Shown here one piece after another: positions 1-10,294 of a stretch of DNA of 64,000 nt (its first letter is position 1; each line of letters starts with the position of its first letter). This stretch comes from Geopsychrobacteraceae bacterium. GTDB lineage: Bacteria > Desulfobacterota > Desulfuromonadia > Desulfuromonadales > Geopsychrobacteraceae. Location: positions 1,536,001 to 1,600,000 of the forward strand of contig OY759353.1 of the NCBI GenBank assembly GCA_963662315.1, written 5' to 3'. A program made the position numbers and the translations under genes. The notes under the pieces were generated by a model. It did no database searches. It saw only the letters and a list, made by a program, of their open reading frames with translations, and had not been told where the DNA came from.

Positions 1-54
1 ATAGGGCACAATCCGCCTAAAAGAGTCATTTCCCCTTAAAGCATGTCATTCCCA

Positions 55-1740
55 TTATCTATCAACGACTTCCATTTTCGAAAATCTGTTCCCCAATACG
101 GCAGCAAGAATAACCAGCAGCGATGAAATAAAAATCATGATGATTCCAAGCGCTGATAGTTGTCCCCAAAGTCCGTCTTCAGCAAAACGCAAGATCTGCA
201 CAGCAAGAACCTCAGTGCCTGGACGCGAAAGCACAACGGATAAAGTCAACTCGCGCAAGAACATGCTTGCCATCAATATCCACCCCGAAACGATACCGGG
301 AATCAGAAGCGGAACAATAATCCGACGTAGCGTATAAAAAGGGGTCCCGCCGCAAACACGAGACGATTCTTCAAGAGAACTGTGAATCTGGATAAAGGCG
401 CTGGAAAGTGGGCGGATACCGTAAGGCAAGTAGGTTGCAATGTAGCCAATCAGCAATGCTGTCAGGGTACCGTAGAGAGGGGTACGCACAAAAAACCACA
501 TAAAGCCGACCCCGATTACGATGCCGGGAAAGGAAAAAGAAAGGAAGCTGAGAGATTCGAGGATTCCGGAAGCAGTGGTGCGGATCTTGACGATAACGTA
601 AGACACAAAGATCGACAGAATCGTTCCCAGGGTCGCTCCAATCACACCAAGAAAGAGACTATTTTTCAGGGAAAGCAGAGAGATGGGGTCATGCAGTATC
701 TCTATCCAGTTGTTCCAGGACATCATCGAAAAAGCACGAAAACTTGGAGGCATCGAGTATGGCAGCATAGAGATATAAAAGAGGACAATGACCGGCAGCA
801 GGATAAGAACGAAGGAGAGAATTCCAACAATAATCAACAGCGGATATTTTCCCTTTTTCAAGCGCAGCAAAGTCGGCTTGAACCCGCGACTGGAAATGGT
901 GACAAATTTGCCGCTTTCTGCGGTCAGGTAACGGTAGATGTAGATCAGAGTGATCGATGCTGCCAGGGCACTCATACCGATTGCTGCAGCCATGCCATAA
1001 TCAGCAGCAAACCCACTTGAGATATTGCGATAGATATGGGTGGAGAGGACATATATGCGTCCCGGCATGCCAATCACCGAAGGAACGGCGAATGATGCCA
1101 GACTTCTGACAATCACCAGAATCGCCGAGGCAAGTATGGCCGGACGCAAAACCGGCAAGGTCACCTTGATCAAGGTGCGCAGGTTTGAAGCACCGCAAAC
1201 TTTCGACGACTCCTCCAGGGAAATATCAAAGGCGCTCATCGCTGGAGCAATAATCAAGTAAGCGATCGGTAGATCAAGAAGTCCCTCGACGAGAATCATG
1301 CCTTTGAGCGAATACACGTTAAACATGGCATGCCGGACCTCAAATAGATCCATAAAGAGACGATTAAGAATACCGTTGCTCGGGTTCAGCAGCAAAACCC
1401 AGCTGGCCGAAAAGAGGATGTGGGGGATCATCATCGGGATAATCGAAATAATTTTGAAGATAAATTTGAACGGCAGGTCGGTGCGTGTATTCACGTAGGC
1501 CAGAAACAGGGCAAGCAGTGTCGCGTGCAGTGCCGAGCCAACCGTAAAAATAGCAGTATTTAGCAAGATAGCGAAAAAATCAGGATCGCTATAGGCAGAG
1601 ATATACTTAGCCGTTGTGAACTGGCCAAAGCTGACGAAATCCTTTGAGAAACTGCCGAGCAGCAGCATGATGACCGGGCACAAGGTCAGAAAACCAACAA
1701 TAATGATCAGGGTCGTGGTCAAAGTTGGTTTTTTAAACAT
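55..1740 (-). CDS. ABC transporter permease, FbpB/AfuB-like (two fused TM domains)
   Basis: 561 aa hydrophobic protein with two EAA-type loops (SLEESSKVCGAS, SLEESSRVCGG); in an operon with an ATPase and an SBP. Confidence 0.9.
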   Translation of the reverse strand: MFKKPTLTTTLIIIVGFLTLCPVIMLLLGSFSKDFVSFGQFTTAKYISAYSDPDFFAILLNTAIFTVGSALHATLLALFLAYVNTRTDLPFKFIFKIISIIPMMIPHILFSASWVLLLNPSNGILNRLFMDLFEVRHAMFNVYSLKGMILVEGLLDLPIAYLIIAPAMSAFDISLEESSKVCGASNLRTLIKVTLPVLRPAILASAILVIVRSLASFAVPSVIGMPGRIYVLSTHIYRNISSGFAADYGMAAAIGMSALAASITLIYIYRYLTAESGKFVTISSRGFKPTLLRLKKGKYPLLIIVGILSFVLILLPVIVLFYISMLPYSMPPSFRAFSMMSWNNWIEILHDPISLLSLKNSLFLGVIGATLGTILSIFVSYVIVKIRTTASGILESLSFLSFSFPGIVIGVGFMWFFVRTPLYGTLTALLIGYIATYLPYGIRPLSSAFIQIHSSLEESSRVCGGTPFYTLRRIIVPLLIPGIVSGWILMASMFLRELTLSVVLSRPGTEVLAVQILRFAEDGLWGQLSALGIIMIFISSLLVILAAVLGNRFSKMEVVDR

Positions 1741-1748
1741 GCGAGGAC

Positions 1749-2834
1749 CTATGACGCCAGCAGAAAGCAGTGATCTGGATCGAAGGAGACGGAAATAGTG
1801 TCCCCTTCACGAAAATCAGCAGTCGGTTCGACAGTGGTCGTCAAGACCGTTTCGCCGATGCGGATCTCCCCTTCATAGGCTTCACCGATAAAAATCAGCG
1901 TTTCAACACGGCCACGGTAACTGTTTCGCTCGTCCCGCTGCTCCTTGGCCAGGCGGATAAATTCCGGCCTGACACAGAGAAAGGCCTGCTGGCCAACCGG
2001 CAGCTGTTGGCGGTTAAGGGCGCGCACCGGACCGATTTCAGAGGAAAACAGGGCATGGTCTCCTGCGAGCTGCTCCACAGTCCCCTTAATCAGGTTGGCA
2101 CGACCGATAAAGTCAGCAACGAACTGGCTATCAGAGTTGAAATAGATCTTCTTCGGCTCGGCGATTTCGACAATCTTCCCGGCCCGCATGACCGCAATCA
2201 GGTCGGACAGGGCAAGCGCCTCGATCCGGTCGTGGGTAACATAGATAGCGGTGATCTGGAGCTCGGTCAGAAAGCTGCGCAACTCCTTCCGCGTTTCCTC
2301 ACGTAGTTTGGCGTCAAGGTTGCTTAGGGGCTCATCGAAAAGAATGACCTTGGGTTCAGCGACCAGAGCACGGGCCAGAGCAACACGCTGCTGCTGACCA
2401 CCACTCAGTTTGGTTGCTGGGCGTTTCTCGAAACCGGACAACTGGACGAAATCCAGCACTCGGGCGACCTTCTTCTGGATGTCATCTCTGCCCATTTTCC
2501 GCGTTTGCAAAGGATATGCGACATTGTCGAAGACATTCATATGGGGCCAGATGGCATAAGTCTGAAACACCATACCGAGCCCACGCCGTTCCGGCGGAAC
2601 AAAGATATTTTTCTCCTTCGACCAAACCAGGTCATCGCCAATATAAATTTCACCGCCATCCGGAACCTCAAGACCGACTATACAGCGTAACAGTGTGGTC
2701 TTACCGCAGCCACTGGGTCCAAGCAGGGTAAAAATACGGTTGGCGGGAACGGTCAGATCGACGTGATCGAGGGCCTTGATCTGCTTTCCCTCGGAGTAAT
2801 AAGTTCTCACCAGGTTGTTTACACGAATGTCCAT
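1749..2834 (-). CDS. ABC transporter ATP-binding protein (FbpC/PotA family, C-terminal TOBE-like domain)
   Basis: Walker A GPSGCGKT, LSGGQQQR signature, FDEP Walker B, THD; start set at ATG 2834 (MDIRV) behind a GGAG RBS. Confidence 0.92.
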   Translation of the reverse strand: MDIRVNNLVRTYYSEGKQIKALDHVDLTVPANRIFTLLGPSGCGKTTLLRCIVGLEVPDGGEIYIGDDLVWSKEKNIFVPPERRGLGMVFQTYAIWPHMNVFDNVAYPLQTRKMGRDDIQKKVARVLDFVQLSGFEKRPATKLSGGQQQRVALARALVAEPKVILFDEPLSNLDAKLREETRKELRSFLTELQITAIYVTHDRIEALALSDLIAVMRAGKIVEIAEPKKIYFNSDSQFVADFIGRANLIKGTVEQLAGDHALFSSEIGPVRALNRQQLPVGQQAFLCVRPEFIRLAKEQRDERNSYRGRVETLIFIGEAYEGEIRIGETVLTTTVEPTADFREGDTISVSFDPDHCFLLAS

Positions 2835-2907
2835 AAGACTCCAATGCAATTGGCCGGAGCACAAACGCACTTGCCCCGGCCTCAATCAGGCAAATGATCG
2901 TGGAGAG

Positions 2908-3885
2908 CTATTGATAGAAAATCTTCTGGAACTCATTTCCCCAGTGGCGAATTTCCGCATCGGAAAGCTCGCGAATCGGCAAAACCTTGACCTTGTCGAT
3001 GCCTGCGATTGGTGGATAGACTCCGGGAGTAAGAACATACTCACCAACCTTGTCTGCCAGCAACTGCATGGCCTTCTTGCTCAGCCAATAATCGACAAAC
3101 TGCTTCGCTCCTGACGGATTCGGCGCCTTAGCCGCCATTGCCATCGCTCGGGTTGTTCCGAATAGGGTGTCAACACGTGCCCAGTCAAGCGGAGCCGGAG
3201 CCTTGGTGATGATGTACTTGGGCATCGAAATACCAAGCAGCTTTTCACCACTGGCGATGGGCGCCGGAGACGGCCCGAACGATTTAACAAACATCGGCTT
3301 GTTGGCAGCCAAGCCCTTGATAAATTTCATCCACCCAGCATCGTCGCCAAAAATCTTGGCTTCCTTGAGGCCAACCAGCCATGAGATCGTCGTCGCATGA
3401 GATGCGGGATCAGGCATCACCAATTTGTCGTACCACTTGGGATCAATCATGTCCATGTAACGTGTCGGTACATCTTCAGGCTTGACCAGTTCCTTATTAT
3501 AGATTGGCGCGACATATTCGATACCAAACTGGATGATGGTATCGTCTTCCGTTGCCCAGGCTGGATAACCAGCGGCAGAGGGGGATTTATATGGTGCAAG
3601 CACTCCCTTCTCTTTTAACATCTGGAGGATCGGCAGGGGCCCTTGCAAAACATCGGCTTGTAATTTCTGGGCAGAAAACTCCGTCAAAACGGTGGCCAGA
3701 TATTTAGCTGTTGAAATTCGGGTGTAGATCCCTTCCTGGGCGTTCTGGCCTGAATTAAAATCAGCCATAATGGGTTCAATTGCTGTGATATTCGCGTAAA
3801 GATTGACTTTATCCGCAGCAAAAAGCGTGGAGCACAGTCCAAAAAGCAGGGTAAGGCCAAGGAGCACAACAACCATTTTCTTCAT
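2908..3885 (-). CDS. ABC transporter periplasmic substrate-binding protein (AfuA/FbpA-like cluster), ligand unknown
   Basis: Signal peptide (..STLFA|ADK), YNKELV..P..Y.D..DP.W motif, AKQFVDYWLS; AGGAG RBS. Confidence 0.85.
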   Translation of the reverse strand: MKKMVVVLLGLTLLFGLCSTLFAADKVNLYANITAIEPIMADFNSGQNAQEGIYTRISTAKYLATVLTEFSAQKLQADVLQGPLPILQMLKEKGVLAPYKSPSAAGYPAWATEDDTIIQFGIEYVAPIYNKELVKPEDVPTRYMDMIDPKWYDKLVMPDPASHATTISWLVGLKEAKIFGDDAGWMKFIKGLAANKPMFVKSFGPSPAPIASGEKLLGISMPKYIITKAPAPLDWARVDTLFGTTRAMAMAAKAPNPSGAKQFVDYWLSKKAMQLLADKVGEYVLTPGVYPPIAGIDKVKVLPIRELSDAEIRHWGNEFQKIFYQ

Positions 3886-4099
3886 GACGATTCTCCTTTT
3901 GTCATCAGTCGTGATCAGAAAAATGCTTGTAACAAGGCTATGGACGAAAAGATACGTCGATTTAATTAACAGGGCATTTGAAATTCAGTTTAGCAGATAA
4001 GTTCAAGGTTAAAAGAAACCACGTGTTTTTTTGATCCAGAGATGCAGAACCATCTTCTTAAGCAGTACCTGATCAATAATTAGAAAGGAATTTTTATAT

Positions 4100-4136
4100 A
4101 AAAAGCCCTTTCCGATTTCTCGGAAAGGGCTTTTTT
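4100..4136. terminator. Bidirectional intrinsic terminator closing the lactate operon
   Basis: AAAAAGCCCTTTCCGA-TTTC-TCGGAAAGGGCTTTTTT perfect hairpin flanked by A and T tracts. Confidence 0.9.
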
Positions 4137-4160
4137 CATACACATTTCAACTCAACAAAA

Positions 4161-5453
4161 TCAGGCAACCTTCCCCTGTTTTTGCGGTTTAACGACCTGC
4201 TCGTAATATTCGACCAGCGGGTGCGATGTTTTCAAGGCATTTCCTTCTGTCATATTGGCATCGGTCAGGTTCATTGCACAACCCGGGCAGGCCGTGAACA
4301 GGTGATCGAACCCGCGTTCTTTGATCTCAGAAGCTTTCTTCTTACCGATCTCCTTGGTATGAGGATAATTCTTCAGCGAAAAGGTACCGCCGAAGCCACA
4401 ACAGCTCTGGTTCTGAAGATCTTTGTAATCAGTATCAAAATTGTCCTTGATAAACTGCTTAAGAACACCCTCTTTTCCTGCTTTGTAGTGGCAAGGCACG
4501 TGCAGGGTGGTACTACCCGGCAGCTTGACTTTTTTATCAAGCTTGATTTTGAGAACCTCCGCCATATAGAGTACGACATCCATCACCTGCTTACCGCGGG
4601 TCCGGCCGGTCTCCTTTTCACCCAGAGTGCCAAGACCATATTCGCAGGTCGGGCAGCACATCAAAATGGTGTCGGCATCGGTAATTGAGTTAAAATAATC
4701 GAAATTGTCATTGACCTGGTCACGGTAGATACCAAGTTCCCCCATCGTTGCCGACGGGATACCGCAGCACTTGTTGGTTTCTGGAACATAGACGGAGACA
4801 CCATGGTGCAGCAGGGTCTCGATAATGGCAACACCCCAGTGAACATAGATGAGAGTGGTGGCACAACCAGGATAGAAAATGACCCGGTGTTTTTCGTTTT
4901 TGGCCTGATTAAAGCCACCGTAAATGCTGGTCAGAGCTTTGGCAGGCATATCGATAACGTGACGTTTGGTCATGTCTCCTATGATGCCACCGAAAACCTC
5001 ATACGGTTTAAAAACACCATCTTCAATTTTCTTGGTACCAATGCGCAGCCCCATATGAAACAAGGGGCTCATGGTTGCCAACAGCTTCGGATGCCCCATG
5101 GCCACCTTCAGGGCAACTTTCTGCCAAGCCGGTAATTTTTTGACCTTGCGCAGAATGCTTTTGGCCTTCAAAAAGATTTCGTCGGTCTTGACACCGGAAG
5201 GACAGTTGTTTTTACAACGACCACACAGAATACAGTAATCGACGTATTTGAAGATCTCTTCAACCTTCTCCAGTTTGCCTTCCATCAGCGCATCGATCAT
5301 ATAGATCTTGCCGCGAGCAACAGCAGATTCATTGCCATCTTTTTTGTACAGTGGACAAACCGACTGACAGGTACCACAGCGACAGCACTGAATCAGTATA
5401 TCTTCAAGCTCTTTAAGCTCACGAACACAATTCTCTACGGCTGAATTCCCCAT
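4161..5453 (-). CDS. Fe-S subunit of D-lactate/glycolate dehydrogenase (GlcF-like)
   Basis: Two 4Fe-4S motifs (CCRCGTCQSVCP, CILCGRCKNNCP) plus two CCG domains (KCCG, SCCGFGG). Confidence 0.85.
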   Translation of the reverse strand: MGNSAVENCVRELKELEDILIQCCRCGTCQSVCPLYKKDGNESAVARGKIYMIDALMEGKLEKVEEIFKYVDYCILCGRCKNNCPSGVKTDEIFLKAKSILRKVKKLPAWQKVALKVAMGHPKLLATMSPLFHMGLRIGTKKIEDGVFKPYEVFGGIIGDMTKRHVIDMPAKALTSIYGGFNQAKNEKHRVIFYPGCATTLIYVHWGVAIIETLLHHGVSVYVPETNKCCGIPSATMGELGIYRDQVNDNFDYFNSITDADTILMCCPTCEYGLGTLGEKETGRTRGKQVMDVVLYMAEVLKIKLDKKVKLPGSTTLHVPCHYKAGKEGVLKQFIKDNFDTDYKDLQNQSCCGFGGTFSLKNYPHTKEIGKKKASEIKERGFDHLFTACPGCAMNLTDANMTEGNALKTSHPLVEYYEQVVKPQKQGKVA

Positions 5454-5463
5454 TACGAACTCC

Positions 5464-6840
5464 TTACAGGCCCTGCTTATGAGGGTTCAGAAGATTCTTC
5501 GGATCAACACCTCGCTTAATCGACTTCATGTAGTTGATCGTCCCTTGACCAACCTCATCGACCATAAAAGCTTGCTTGGCCAGCCCGATACCATGCTCAC
5601 CGGAACAGGTTCCGCCAAGGCTTAATGCAGCGTCGAACATTTCAGCGACACCGGCATGGACCCGCTTCATTTCATCAGCATCCCGCTTATCACAGAGAAT
5701 GGTCGGATGAAGATTACCATCACCGGCGTGACCAAAAGTACCAATCATCAAACCATGCTTTTCTTTGATCACATCAAGAGCCTTGAGGAAATCAGGGATT
5801 TTGGTACGAGGAACGGTAGCGTCTTCAAGAACCATGGTTGGACGCAGACGAGCCAGAGAAGACAGTGATTTACGCCGCCCTTCCCACAGAGCCTCACGCT
5901 CTTCAGCCGTTTTTGCCAGGGTGATATCGCCATTATTTTCAGCGCAAACCTTCTGCACGATAGCAAACTCTTCCTCGACAACAGCAGGATGCCCGTCAAC
6001 TTCAATAAGTAGCAGCGCTGCGGCATCAGTCGGCAATGGTGTACCGGTTGCTTCATGAACGGTTTTAATGGTGTAGTTATCCATTAATTCCATGGTTGCG
6101 GGCAGAACATGGCCACGGATAATTCCGGATACCGTATTACCGGCATCAATAATGTCATTAAAAGCAACCAGCATGGCTTTACTGGCTTTGACCGGTGGAA
6201 TCAGCTTGAGGATACACTCGGTAATGATGCCCAGTTGCCCTTCGGACTGGGACATCAGACCCGTCAGGTTAAAACCGGTACACAGCTTGACCGTTTTTCC
6301 GCCGCCTTTAACAACGTTACCGTCCATATCACAGAAGGTGACGCCCATAACATAATCCTTGGTCACCCCATATTTAAGCCCACGCAAACCACCGGCATTC
6401 TCAGCAATGTTTCCCCCGATAGTGGACATTTTCTGAGAACCTGGATCGGGGGGATAGAACAAACCAGCAGCAGTGACAGCGTTGGCAAACTCAAGGGTAT
6501 TGCAACCTGGCTGAACAACGGCATACATGTCGTCGGTATTGATCTCAAGAATCTTGTTCATTTTGTTCATCAGCAAAACACAGCCCCCAGCAACCGGAAT
6601 GGTCGAACCAGCAAGGTTGGTGCCGGAGCCACGGGTAATCAAAGGAAGATTGTTATCATTGCAGAGCTTACAAACAGCGGCAACTTCTTCGGTAGATTCA
6701 GGACGCACAACAACGTCGGGAAGAACCGGTTCTTCAACAGAAGAATCAAAACTGTAAAGAGCCAGATCCGTCGGCTGGTCCCAGTAATCATCTTCTCCGA
6801 CAATTGATTTGAATTTAGCCAAAACATCCTTTGCAACCAT
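5464..6840 (-). CDS. FAD-linked oxidase, GlcD/D-lactate dehydrogenase flavoprotein subunit
   Basis: RGSGT, PPDPGS, GGNIAENAGG..KYGVT, GHAGDGNLH, SGEHGIG motifs; paired with a GlcF-like gene. Confidence 0.9.
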   Translation of the reverse strand: MVAKDVLAKFKSIVGEDDYWDQPTDLALYSFDSSVEEPVLPDVVVRPESTEEVAAVCKLCNDNNLPLITRGSGTNLAGSTIPVAGGCVLLMNKMNKILEINTDDMYAVVQPGCNTLEFANAVTAAGLFYPPDPGSQKMSTIGGNIAENAGGLRGLKYGVTKDYVMGVTFCDMDGNVVKGGGKTVKLCTGFNLTGLMSQSEGQLGIITECILKLIPPVKASKAMLVAFNDIIDAGNTVSGIIRGHVLPATMELMDNYTIKTVHEATGTPLPTDAAALLLIEVDGHPAVVEEEFAIVQKVCAENNGDITLAKTAEEREALWEGRRKSLSSLARLRPTMVLEDATVPRTKIPDFLKALDVIKEKHGLMIGTFGHAGDGNLHPTILCDKRDADEMKRVHAGVAEMFDAALSLGGTCSGEHGIGLAKQAFMVDEVGQGTINYMKSIKRGVDPKNLLNPHKQGL

Positions 6841-6945
6841 ATCCGCGTCCCTTTCCTCACTAAAAGCTTATGAATATACCGATTTCTATTATGCCTGCGC
6901 CAACATTCATTGCCGCAGGCATTCGTTGTCTCAAATATAATGCTA

Positions 6946-9096
6946 TTAAATTTCCAAAGCCTCAGCCAACAGCTCAATGGTATGCTTGGCTTTAACTGCA
7001 CCACCACGCTTTTCCATAGCTCCGGATAACATGATCTTGCACCCTGGGCAGTCCATTACGACCGTATCCGCACCAGTATTTTCGATGTCAGTAGCCTTAT
7101 CCCCGGTAATCGCTTTGGAGATAGGCGGATGGCTAAGGAAGGAATAAGACCCCCCAAAGCCACAACAGCGATCAGGACGCTTCATCTCAACCAAGTCTTT
7201 ACCCATTGCCGTAAGCAGTTCTCGTGGCTGTTCTGACACGCCGGAACCACGCTTTAAGTGGCAGGAGTCATGATAGGTCACTGTTCCCTTGGCGTTAAGT
7301 TTCTTGAATTCATCTGTCGCACCCAGGACATCAACGATATACGCTGAAGCATCCATAACTTTAGCGGCAACCTGTTGTGCCTTAGCTGCGTATTCACTGT
7401 CTGCGTCAAGAACCTCGGCAAAATCTTTGCGCAATGCCATGGTACAGGTCGGGCACACGGTCAGAATGTAATCCGGCTCGCCATCAAGCAGGCATGACAG
7501 ATTCTGTTGTGCCAATTCCGTCATCGTCTCGCGGTCTCCGGAGTACAGTGCAGGAATACCGCAACAGGTTTGCTCGTCAGGGAACATAACTTCGACGCCC
7601 AAATAATTAAGCACCTTAACCAATGAGGTGCCCAGCTCTGGGTAGATAAAATCAGCGCCACATCCTGCGAACAGGGTCACCTTACCTTTGCGCTTGGTAA
7701 TGTTCTGCTTAATTTTAGGAAACTGATCGCGCAAGCTTTTCTCGGCAATGGTCGGCAAAGTCCGCCATTCGGTATAGGAGGAGAAAAACAGGGGCAGGTG
7801 CCTGATGGTTTTTTCGCCGCCGGTCACGGGTTTCTGCAGCAAACTGGCAGCACGCACCATAGTGTGAAACAGGCGACGGTTGCGCATCAACTTACGGAAA
7901 GCCATATCTTTGATGAAACCGATGCCTTCTTTTTCTGCGACTTTAGACCGCAGATGCAGAATGATCGATTCCAGGTCGATTTTACTGGGGCAGATGGCGA
8001 CACATGAACGGCAACCGATACAGGCCTTAACAAGCTCAGCAGCCTTATCAATCCCCTCATAAAACGCGGTCAGAATAACACCAATAGCGCTGATATAAAT
8101 GCTACCATAGACGTGACCGCCAACACTCTGATAGACCGGGCAAACGTTGGCACACGCGCCACAGCGAATGCAGCGCAACGCATCTTGACAATGCTCGTCG
8201 ACTGCCATAGCGCTACGCCCATTATCAACCAAAACAATATGCTGCTCTTTTTCCTGACCGTCATGCGGTACCGCGCCACGAATCCAGGTTCCATAAGACG
8301 TCATGGGCTGACCGGTGGCATTTTTAGGCAGGATACGCATGATCCGGGCCGCATCCTCAATTTTTGGCACGACCTTTTCAATACCACTGATAGCAACGTG
8401 AATCTTGGGAATAGTACTTACCAGTCGAGCGTTCCCTTCATTGGTAACCAGGGCCATCCCACCGGTTTCAGCAATCAGAATATTAGCGCCACTGATACCC
8501 ATATCGGCTTCGAAATAGCCTTCACGCAATTCTTTACGGGCGATGCGCACCAGTTCATTGATGTCGTCGGTTTCCGGTTCGCCGGTCGCCTTGGCAAACA
8601 ACTCGCCAATCTGATCACGGAACATGTGAATTGCGGGCATGACCATATGACTGGGCCGGTGATCGGCAAGCTGAATGATCCATTCGCCAAGGTCGGTTTC
8701 CAGAGGACTGATACCTGCGCCAGCCAGAGCTTTATTCAGGTGCGTCTCCTCACTGACCATACTTTTACTCTTTACAACCTTCTTAACGCCACGCTGTTTG
8801 GCCAGGTTGATAATGTAGTTGTTCGCATCATCAGCATCTTTAGCGATATAGACTTTACTGCCGGCAGCTTCGGCATTTTTGATAAACTCAGCAAGCAGTG
8901 CCTCACGATTTTCCAGGGAAAAATCCTTCATCTCCGCAATTTCGCTACGCATGGCTTCAAAATCATAACCTGCAAAAGCATTGGCACGGGAAACAACATA
9001 AGCGTCACCAAAAGTGTGTAATGCCGCCTGAAGACGTTCATCGTGCAGGGCCTTATCGATCTTCTTCTTGTATTCTTTACTGCGTTGACTCATCAC
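6946..9096 (-). CDS. ldhH: L-lactate dehydrogenase large subunit (LutB/LldF LUD + 4Fe-4S + CCG fusion)
   Basis: KSKSMVSEE, ETDLGEWIIQL, PSHMVMPAIH, CIRCGACANVCP, C-terminal CCG domains; 716 aa. Confidence 0.88.
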   Translation of the reverse strand: MMSQRSKEYKKKIDKALHDERLQAALHTFGDAYVVSRANAFAGYDFEAMRSEIAEMKDFSLENREALLAEFIKNAEAAGSKVYIAKDADDANNYIINLAKQRGVKKVVKSKSMVSEETHLNKALAGAGISPLETDLGEWIIQLADHRPSHMVMPAIHMFRDQIGELFAKATGEPETDDINELVRIARKELREGYFEADMGISGANILIAETGGMALVTNEGNARLVSTIPKIHVAISGIEKVVPKIEDAARIMRILPKNATGQPMTSYGTWIRGAVPHDGQEKEQHIVLVDNGRSAMAVDEHCQDALRCIRCGACANVCPVYQSVGGHVYGSIYISAIGVILTAFYEGIDKAAELVKACIGCRSCVAICPSKIDLESIILHLRSKVAEKEGIGFIKDMAFRKLMRNRRLFHTMVRAASLLQKPVTGGEKTIRHLPLFFSSYTEWRTLPTIAEKSLRDQFPKIKQNITKRKGKVTLFAGCGADFIYPELGTSLVKVLNYLGVEVMFPDEQTCCGIPALYSGDRETMTELAQQNLSCLLDGEPDYILTVCPTCTMALRKDFAEVLDADSEYAAKAQQVAAKVMDASAYIVDVLGATDEFKKLNAKGTVTYHDSCHLKRGSGVSEQPRELLTAMGKDLVEMKRPDRCCGFGGSYSFLSHPPISKAITGDKATDIENTGADTVVMDCPGCKIMLSGAMEKRGGAVKAKHTIELLAEALEI

Positions 9097-9116
9097 TACT
9101 CTCCCGTCAGCGGTTA

Positions 9117-9680
9117 TCAGGCTTCCAGCGGATCACTGGAAATTCCATTCATCATAAGAATGTGTAATTCACGAGGACCGTGAACCCCGATGGTCAGGAC
9201 GCGCTCAATGTCCGCGGTGCGACTCGGTCCGGTAATAAAGGCTACATAATTCTTAGGATCACGCTGATGGAAAGCGCGCATCGGTTGAGCAGCAGCAATA
9301 GCATCAGGCAAGACCTTGGCAGGATCAAAAACCACAAAGTGCTTTTCAGCAAGCATGGTTGCCAACCGTACATTCTCATCAGTACTTTCCAGAGCCAGAG
9401 TCCCTGAATCACTGATGGCAAAATTGGCACTGGTCACTGCAACCGGAACATCTTTGGCCACAGCCCGGAAATCATTATCAACTACTGTCACATTTGCAGC
9501 TTTGAGAGCCTGTTTGACACCCAGACGCTCAAGGGTTACAGAAGCGGGGAGCATACAAGCGCCCTTACTTTTCTTCATGATGTAAGCAACAATCTCAGAG
9601 ACATCTTTCACTTCGACAATCTCTGCCCCTACACGACTTGCCACAGAGTTAAATTGATCTACACACTCAATGTTCTCCAC
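9117..9680 (-). CDS. lutC: Lactate utilisation protein C (LutC/LldG, LUD domain)
   Basis: FITGPSRTADIERVLTIGVHGPRELH motif; GTG start with GAGGAG RBS. Confidence 0.9.
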   Translation of the reverse strand: MENIECVDQFNSVASRVGAEIVEVKDVSEIVAYIMKKSKGACMLPASVTLERLGVKQALKAANVTVVDNDFRAVAKDVPVAVTSANFAISDSGTLALESTDENVRLATMLAEKHFVVFDPAKVLPDAIAAAQPMRAFHQRDPKNYVAFITGPSRTADIERVLTIGVHGPRELHILMMNGISSDPLEA

Positions 9681-9698
9681 ACAAAACTCCTCTCGGTG

Positions 9699-9715
9699 AA
9701 TTGGTCATACCATTT
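9699..9715. promoter_or_regulatory. FadR/GntR-family (LldR/PdhR-like) operator
   Basis: AATTGGTCATACCATTT near-palindrome matching AATTGGTnnnACCAATT, located between the promoter and RBS of lutC. Confidence 0.75.
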
Positions 9716-9727
9716 TAAAACTGTGCT

Positions 9728-9757
9728 AGAATAGAGTTATAGACCAAATCATGTCAA
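9728..9757 (-). promoter_or_regulatory. sigma70-type promoter of the lactate oxidation operon
   Basis: Minus strand TTGACA-18 nt-TATTCT; the spacer contains an ATTTGGTC operator half-site. Confidence 0.6.
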
Positions 9758-10294
9758 GTAAATTTATTTTTTCCTTATTTTTCAATATTTTGAAAATATT
9801 ATAAGGGTCAAGCCATTTTCTTCTGGATTTCAAACCTAACCTTGTTGTAAAAAAGCGTCACAGGTAAAGCCACTTTGATCAACTGACCACAAGACCATTT
9901 ATACATCATAAAACTAAAATGTTTTATATTTTTAACAGTTATGATTTGCCACATTGTCAAAACAGCATAACAATAGGCCCGGCAAATCATCGTCCTGATA
10001 GAACGATGACACTTTTGCGGTTCTTAAAAGCTGACTGTAGAAATAGATTTATAAGGTACGTATCAGGCCTAATAAAACTTGGTTCGAAAAAACTGCTACC
10101 CCCATTGGCAGCACTATGGATCTGCTAGAGAGAGATAGGTCCGGATTAGGCAATATGCTGGTTATCAGCCAGTCTTTGGTGGAGGGGGGATCAGCAGATC
10201 CTGCTATTTTTATGAAGAGCTTCAGTTTATGTTTTCTATGGGTCGAAGACATAAAGAAAGCTCATTTATCTATTCATAGTGAAGGAGTTGTTTA

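Noticed and set aside
9808..10252. Short ORFs in the lutC-lctP intergenic region
   Set aside because: No RBS or motifs; the region is occupied by promoters, operators and RNA structure.
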